A DNA stretch of 55,702 bases, the filler included, from Sphacelaria rigidula (Eukaryota): NCBI GenBank assembly GCA_964200075.2. It is 5 parts of 5 records of this genome, joined end to end, with 100 filler letters (N's around TTAATTAATTAA, not from the genome) between each part and the next. Parts side by side here need not be neighbours in the genome. Positions count along the whole stretch, not along the records: positions 44,643 to 55,702 come from CAXNAA020005459.1; 4 more parts are not named here. One strand, given 5' to 3'. The position numbers were made by a program, and so were the translations under genes. Positions within the stretch are counted from its first letter, which is position 1, and every line of letters begins with the position of its first letter. This document shows, piece after piece, positions 49,793 through 55,702 of the stretch. The notes beneath the pieces were generated by a model. It searched no databases, was not told the origin of the DNA, and worked only from the letters and a program-made list of their open reading frames with translations.

Positions 49793-50047
49793 GAGCAATG
49801 CTACGGAAAGGGTGCACTTTTTGCGCAAAATTTTGTCCGGTTCAGGGGCTGCCAACGATTCTAGATGCACAAGAATATGGATCAGGGCATCCCCGTTTGC
49901 TAATTCATTCGGATATTCCTAGCACATTGAAATCGTTATTCTGGCGTACATTTACATGTTTAATGGGTCGCGTTTTGGATGAGATGAACGGCTCCTAACA
50001 ATTCTAACCTCGGAATATATTTGCGCACCCCTGCCGTAGCATCACTC
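49793..50047. mobile_element. MITE family D, copy 2, GAG...CTC termini with 4-bp TTGG target duplication (Sola-like)
   Basis: TTGG|GAGCAATGCTACGG ... CCGTAGCATCACTC|TTGG; removing it restores the host repeat TCACTTGGGTATGA. Confidence 0.75.
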
Positions 50048-50191
50048 TTGGGTATGATGGATAACCGTGACCGTCGGCGACTTCGTGACGTCACTTCACA
50101 GACTATATTGAATACATATCGAGCACGTATAGTCTCAACAGCTTCAAAATCAGCAATGAAAAAAATGGAAATATGACACATGTATGACAGA

Positions 50192-51085
50192 GCCGGTCGC
50201 CCCGGTGGCTCAGTTGGTAACCTCGACACCTTCTGACGGTTTGGTCGTGGGTTCAAATATCGGAGCGATCTGGGATTTCTTCTCACCCAATGCCCAAAAG
50301 TGGAGAGCGATGTCGTGGGTACTAGGCTTTTGCTTCTTATGCGCGCATATAATTTCGCATTAGACGGGGTTTTGCGCATAAGCATATGCGAACATATTAT
50401 TATGTTTTTAGAGATTCAGCATAACAAAGGCAAAAAACCTAAGTTTTACGCATAACTTGGAGCATATAATACTCCAACGGGGCCCCATGTCCAGTAGCTC
50501 GTAGCTGCCCACGGGTGCTCCATGTGGCGTGGTTCGTCGAGTAGTGGCGTTTTTGTTCGTAATTTCTTTGTTTGAACTTTGTTGCGGGTCTGATATCGGT
50601 TATGGTGCTGTATCTAAGCTACTTTATGTTCATGTGAAACTGATGAAAAAATAAATGTCATATTTCACATCAAACAGAGGAACCCGCCAGGAACCGCCTC
50701 AAGAAGGACGCGAAAAAGGCGCACATAAGTCGCGCATATTTCACCATAAAACGCATAAATCGGCGCATAATGCTTACTGTTGAACATAAAACAAAATGGG
50801 AAAATGCGCATAAAAACAAGAAAAAAACGCATAAGAAGCAAAAGCCAGGTGGGGGTACACACAATTTCAGTCAGTGGTCCACGAAGAAAAGGGGCTGCTG
50901 GATCCCTCTCGCGATAAAAAAAGGCAAGCACCGCAGAAAGCAGGTGCAGAACTAAAGACAAGAAAAACAGCTCCTGTGTTGGCCTTATTCTTCCCTTGTG
51001 ACCCCGGCTGGTTCGCCCACGTATACCGAAAGGTGTGGAACGGTGTTCAAAATGGATGGGACGACAACACAACGACGCAACCGAG
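50192..51085 (+). mobile_element. SINE family A, full length, interrupted by a MITE
   Basis: A-box TGGCTCAGTTGG (50206-50217), B-box GGTTCAAAT (50250-50258); body resumes at ~50850. Confidence 0.8.
50323..50848. mobile_element. hAT-like MITE nested in SINE A
   Basis: Perfect 19-bp inverted repeat GGCTTTTGCTTCTTATGCG (50325-50343 / 50828-50846), subterminal CGCATAA motifs, flanks GTGGGTAC and GTGGGGGTAC (approximate 8-bp TSD). Confidence 0.75.
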
Positions 51086-52269
51086 CTGATGTACAGCAAA
51101 CAAAAGAGCGCACCTTTTGCTCCTCTATAAAAATCCTCACAATCCCCAAGTAGAATTGGTTCGGTCTCAAGAAGTGCAGGGGCAGGCGGTCCAAATTGCT
51201 CTTCCATGCCGAGTCCATCACGATGACCTGCATGTCGTGGAATTAAAACGTCGTGCCATTAACACAAACAAGTGATAGAACATCGCCACGCATCAATGTT
51301 TCAGGTCCCGCAAGTATTGGCAGGTATTACCGATGTATGATGTCACCATGTCAAGGATTGGTCCAAGTCGAAATTGGTGATTTCGAGCACCGTAGGCGCT
51401 AACGAGTTGATGTTGCTCATTGTAAGCAGAAACAGTACGTTACGTGGTGGGTTACATGACCAGTCATGAGACCTTGCTACATGCCGCAGTACGTGCGACT
51501 CGGATCGTGACTGTTTCTCAATATTCTGGGCCATGCACCCTAGCTTCCTGTAGTTTTCACCTGAACGATGGACAACCCAGCACACTCATCATCAACAGAG
51601 ATTAAAGCCCTGACTCGTATGAACACCATGTCGCATCCAATTTTCCAACCCAATTACATCCCACAAGTTCTTGTGTTCTGCAAAATGTTCCATGGTGAAC
51701 ATGTAAGAAAGAGGCGCCGATCTGATCAATTGGCCGATGTTGAAGAGATTCCTGTAACTTCACCGGATCTTCTTGAATGGGTGAACTGGACACGACACGG
51801 CATGTTGTTTCTATCAGTGAGGGGTTGCAAAATGTTTGTTTGACGTGCGCCGGCTGTACAACCCGCCATTCACGCCAGCTGTAGAATCTAGAAGACGGTC
51901 CAGGATCTGAAAACAAGGTCATCAAGGAGCCCCATAACATATTATGCTGTAGTGAGCCGCGAAACGTCAAATGCATCGTGCACCAAATGGTTCGAACACC
52001 ACCACACTGCGCTATGATCTTCCGCCAACGGTTCACCTTTTACAATAAGTGCCATGTGTTACCGAGAATATTGGATACTGGACATGACCGCTAGATTCGT
52101 GACTTTTTACGCTCAGCTCCATCATATAATTGTGGTTTCAACTGCCATTGTGATTGGATTATCGTTTCACGTCTTCACATCCATCCCACGTTTCATCGCG
52201 GCTGGCCATTAATGTCAGGACTTCTCCGGCTGCAAGTTGACTGTCCTATTGGCCTCTTTTGTCTCACTT

Positions 52270-52505
52270 TCAATCCTAGCCCTTCCTAGGGACGAGTCCG
52301 TGATTTCAAGGGATTAACCACTTACCCCCCGGAAAATGCGCCTCACGATTTTGTATCTCGACTTGGATCAGGATCAAACACTCCCGCACCGCGTAGGCTC
52401 TCGTCAACAGCCTATTTTTGCAACTCACGTGCTCAAGTGTTCAACAACGGAAAACCAAATATATTTCAGCAAAAGACCAAACCCATCTGCCGGGAATCAA
52501 GCCCT
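52270..52505 (-). mobile_element. SINE family B copy inside the MULE remnant
   Basis: Colinear with 29165-29410 (CGAGTCCGTG..TCAAGGGAT, CACTCCCGCACCGCGT, ACTCACGT.CTCA, CCGGGAAT). Confidence 0.7.
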
Positions 52506-53856
52506 ATTTCAAATCAATCAAATCGAACCAATCAATCAAATCGAATCAATCACTCAATCACCAATTTTTCCCGACCAAATGGCGAATTCGTACGATGAGA
52601 CCAGCGGGGCGCGTGGTCAACTCGTTGCCGTAACCAACGCTCGTCTGATGGAGGTTCTCGTTGAGCTTCCTTACCTGTGCATCTTCATAGGGCTCGAAAT
52701 ACTCCCTCAGGTTCTTCTCTGTTTCCAAGTGATGCATCATGAGCTTGTTGTGCATGGAATCAACGTTTATTATTCGATCCGCTTCGATTAGCCCGGTTCC
52801 CAACATATTGCGGAATGTTTTCAGGTCCAACATCCGGTGATACCTGCAAAACTATCCGAGGTAGCATTAGCGTCAACGTTGGCACTGCGCCACCTGGTGG
52901 AGATTGCATGCTGCTCTCGCTTGGATATATTGTTACGCAATAGTTTACATTTCGGGACCCAGAATGAGAAGTATCGCAGTCACTTGTGCCGTGAAATTCA
53001 CGTAACCTCGCTTATTAGCGAGACGTTTCGCCTATTTTCCCCGATGTGTTGAACAAAACTCGAAACCGACGACGTAGTGTTGAATTCCACGTTCAGCGTT
53101 GCCACGCGCCCGGACAGTCAGTTCACGCGTACTACCGTCTTTGTTCACCGTTATTAGAAGCGAGGATGAAACAAGAAGCGTATTTCCTACTTCTGCACGA
53201 GAATCAAGGCAGCTGTTCAGGTACTGCTCGGAGTTTCCCGAACCCCGCACAGACACTAAACAGGTGGAAGAGATGAAAACGTGGACATGAAACAAAACCG
53301 CACGTGCATTGTTTCTTCTTCTAAATGTTTGTTCAAACAGGAAATTCGAACGCTGTTAACTGGCGTCAGTTATCGCATGCTACCCGGGACTGCGTTTGGC
53401 GAGACACCTTCCGTGTTCTGTCCTTCATCTGGTTTTCGCACATTGATCGATTCCCTCGAAATTCAGCCCTGGTAATAAAATGGACATTCTCAAGTGAATT
53501 AAAAAGAAAATGCTGTAGGACGCTCGAAAAAGGAGGAAAACGGAGATGGAGAGAGACTGAACAGCGTGTACTGACTGACGACAATCGGAAACACACATGC
53601 GCGCGCACCCACACACACACACACGGAGGGAGGAAGAAGAGGACGGGAACAAAATATCGTGGAGGTTGTAGATACCCACATACCCTTTCTCGTGACGTAC
53701 CGTACGGTTGGTACGTACTACGTGCAAACGTCCTCGCGTGCAAAAATTATTTCATCAGGCATAAAACAGCCGATCATCGCAATTGAAGATGGAGCTTTTC
53801 ATTGACGATAAGAACCCGGAGGATTAAAATCTCCGTATTCACGACAAATCTTCGAA

Positions 53857-55635
53857 ATGTGGTTCCATTCTTTCACCTACTTTACCACACAAATCGGTTC
53901 GCCACTCGGACCCCCACCAAGCCCAAGCGAGCCATCAGACATTCTAGCTCAAATCCTGCAGGCACAGGCGAAAACGAACATCAACATGGAACAGCAACAC
54001 CAGCAAAGCCTCCACCGACAGCAGCAACAGAGCCAGGCAATCTCGAACCTTCAACAGCAGGTACATCTCCTCCAGTACGGACAACCACAACAGCAAGGCG
54101 GGGCCGTCCAAGGCGGGGTCGGCCGGCAGCCGGCGGGCGCCGCACAGCAACAGCACATGGCGGGGGGAAGAGCAAACGGGGCCTCCCCGCTCGCACCCAG
54201 CGCCCCACTGCCACCACCCATCGGAGGGCCACTACCGCATCACCAACCCCAACAGTCGCAGCCACATCACCATCATCAACAGCAACAACAGCATCAACCT
54301 CAGCAGCACGAGCAGCACCAACAACCGCAACCGCCGCAGCAACAACAGCAACCGCAGCCGGACCAGCACCACGTACAACAACTCCATCAACAGCAACCAC
54401 AGCAGTACCAACAAGCACAGCCGCAATCCCCGATCCACCAACTCCTTCAACTTCTCAGCGGCGGGGGAGGGGGCCAGATCCAACAACTCATGCAGGCAAT
54501 GGGAGCGGCCAACGCCGCCCCCGCCAGTACGGAGAAAGCCGAAGAAATGCAGGAAAAGCGGGATATCAACAGCTGGCTCACGGACGAAAACAAGGCACTC
54601 TTCCACATCCTCAGGGGCGGGGTCTCCATTCCCATTCCCATGTCTGACGCAAACTTGAAACTAAAACTCCGCGACGTGGCCGACACCCACCGGGGCATGC
54701 TGAGCAATCTCCAGACGTTGACCGACGTAGACGTCACCAACTTCCACTCCCCGGTGCCGCCTGGCATAAAAAAACCTTACTTTCGCGCTGAGGTCCATGT
54801 CATAACATTCACCAAGGCGCTGACCATCATCATCAACTTCGGTACCACCGACAACGACGGCGGACGGGATAGGCGAGCCTTCATCACAGGAGAACTGTCG
54901 AGGTTGGCGTCGGTGCTGGACGCGTATATGGGAAAAAATTACGCCGCTCTACACAGAGACGAGGCGGCCGTCAAAACCCGCATAATCACTGACTTTAACC
55001 ACGACATCAACGGGTGGCTCACAGAATGCCGGGACGCGGGATTGAACCTACGCATGGAGTCTCCCGCCGCCCCACCTGCCAACGGGCAGGGCCCCGCGGC
55101 GCCGGTGCCATCGTTCACCCGTGTAAAAACGCTCACCGCCGACGGCCACCCCAGCAGCCTCATCGGTCGCCAAAACCCCGGGCTCGCGGTAGCAGGCTCA
55201 CCCGCGCAGCCCGCCCCCAAGACAGCCGTCAAGCGAAAGGTACTCCCCGACGGGGGCACGAGCAACGCGGTCAAACGTGTCGCTCCCCGACCCCCGCCGT
55301 ACCCGCCCCAGTGGCGACACCTTACGCCACCGAACACCGACTTCATTTCCGAACTGGCGTCATGGGCCCCGCCGGCGGGCGTCTGCTTACGAGCTTGGCA
55401 GGGGCTCACATGCCCACGGGGGCACGGCTGCCGCCTCCCAGACCACACCAGCACCCATGAAACCGTCGGAGGCCCTCCCCTCCAGCCGCCAGCAGCGCTA
55501 CCGATACCTCCAATAGCACCGACGGCGGCGTCGGCAAAACCACCAGCGCCGGCAGCATCGGCGACCGCAGCGAGTACAGTGGCGCGATTTTCCCACAGCT
55601 TCGGCGGGAATGGCGGAGCTGGGCGGGGCACCTGA
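53857..55635 (+). CDS. Intact 592-aa Gln/Pro-rich protein with a CCCH-type finger; probable ORF1/gag of a DIRS/Ngaro-like retroelement
   Basis: 1779-nt uninterrupted GC-rich ORF with a helical core (NSWLTDENKALFHIL...IITDFNHDINGWLTECR) and C-x8-C-x5-C-x4-H (55384-55446). The true start may be a later ATG. The ORF is clear; the product call is inference. Confidence 0.6.
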   Translation: MWFHSFTYFTTQIGSPLGPPPSPSEPSDILAQILQAQAKTNINMEQQHQQSLHRQQQQSQAISNLQQQVHLLQYGQPQQQGGAVQGGVGRQPAGAAQQQHMAGGRANGASPLAPSAPLPPPIGGPLPHHQPQQSQPHHHHQQQQQHQPQQHEQHQQPQPPQQQQQPQPDQHHVQQLHQQQPQQYQQAQPQSPIHQLLQLLSGGGGGQIQQLMQAMGAANAAPASTEKAEEMQEKRDINSWLTDENKALFHILRGGVSIPIPMSDANLKLKLRDVADTHRGMLSNLQTLTDVDVTNFHSPVPPGIKKPYFRAEVHVITFTKALTIIINFGTTDNDGGRDRRAFITGELSRLASVLDAYMGKNYAALHRDEAAVKTRIITDFNHDINGWLTECRDAGLNLRMESPAAPPANGQGPAAPVPSFTRVKTLTADGHPSSLIGRQNPGLAVAGSPAQPAPKTAVKRKVLPDGGTSNAVKRVAPRPPPYPPQWRHLTPPNTDFISELASWAPPAGVCLRAWQGLTCPRGHGCRLPDHTSTHETVGGPPLQPPAALPIPPIAPTAASAKPPAPAASATAASTVARFSHSFGGNGGAGRGT

Positions 55636-55702
55636 GGGTGCGGACTCCGCCAGTCGGCGGGGCCTACCAGTCTTGGGGGAGGAGGAGCACTGGTCACGGA
55701 CT
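55610..55702 (+). CDS. Start of an overlapping second ORF (+1 frame), truncated by the contig end
   Basis: Frame open from 55517 to the end; ATG at 55610 overlaps the 3' end of ORF1: MAELGGAPEGADSASRRGLPVLGEEEHWSRT. Too short to identify. Confidence 0.35.
   Translation, partial: MAELGGAPEGADSASRRGLPVLGEEEHWSRT

Larger units (their letters stand above)
47725..53470 (-). pseudogene. Decayed Mutator-like (MULE) transposase split by nested insertions
   Basis: Minus strand: HHGTFCRTQELVGCNWVGKL (FAR1/WRKY-like), QVIVMDSAWKSNLDRLPLHFL (first catalytic Asp, codon 51213-51215), FFIADFEAVETI, WPERMRRFR..GINIV*ILE, then two SWIM-like segments at ~48680-48740 and ~48040-48110. Confidence 0.55.

Noticed and set aside
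50192..50265. Possible tRNA gene (also near 32500-32677 and 29400-29466)
   Set aside because: A and B boxes are present but I cannot build a clean cloverleaf, and each continues into a shared repeat body; these are SINE heads.
53802..55697. Long alternative-frame and antisense ORFs (281 aa, 252 aa and others) over the 592-aa ORF
   Set aside because: Expected shadows of GC-rich, CAG/CCA-rich coding sequence; no recognisable domains.

Overview
Eukaryotic, repeat-rich genomic DNA, most likely from a brown alga (Phaeophyceae). The taxon is inferred from intron style and from my recollection of Ectocarpus-type repeat families, not from a search. The window is not one locus. It is five separate contigs of almost identical length (11061, 11061, 11060, 11060, 11060 bp) joined by an artificial 100-nt linker (44 N + TTAATTAATTAA + 44 N), so adjacency across linkers has no meaning. 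Two host genes are visible. One is the last three exons of a two-domain Fluc/FEX (CrcB-family) fluoride exporter (2706-3019, 4384-4548, 7597-7912). The other is a probable terminal exon of an SGNH-type (DxxH) protein (33755-33920). The rest is mostly transposon debris: two decayed LINEs, two decayed Mutator-like transposases, a decayed LTR gag-like ORF, two tRNA-derived SINE families, several MITE/foldback families (hAT-, piggyBac- and Sola-like ends), minisatellites and microsatellites. The one intact mobile-looking ORF is a 592-aa intronless Gln/Pro-rich protein with a CCCH finger, followed by an overlapping ORF, as in DIRS/Ngaro retroelements. I found no convincing new multi-gene system. 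The best leads are that ORF, a long-arm foldback element, a multi-level TE nest and an unidentified ~4 kb decayed coding region.
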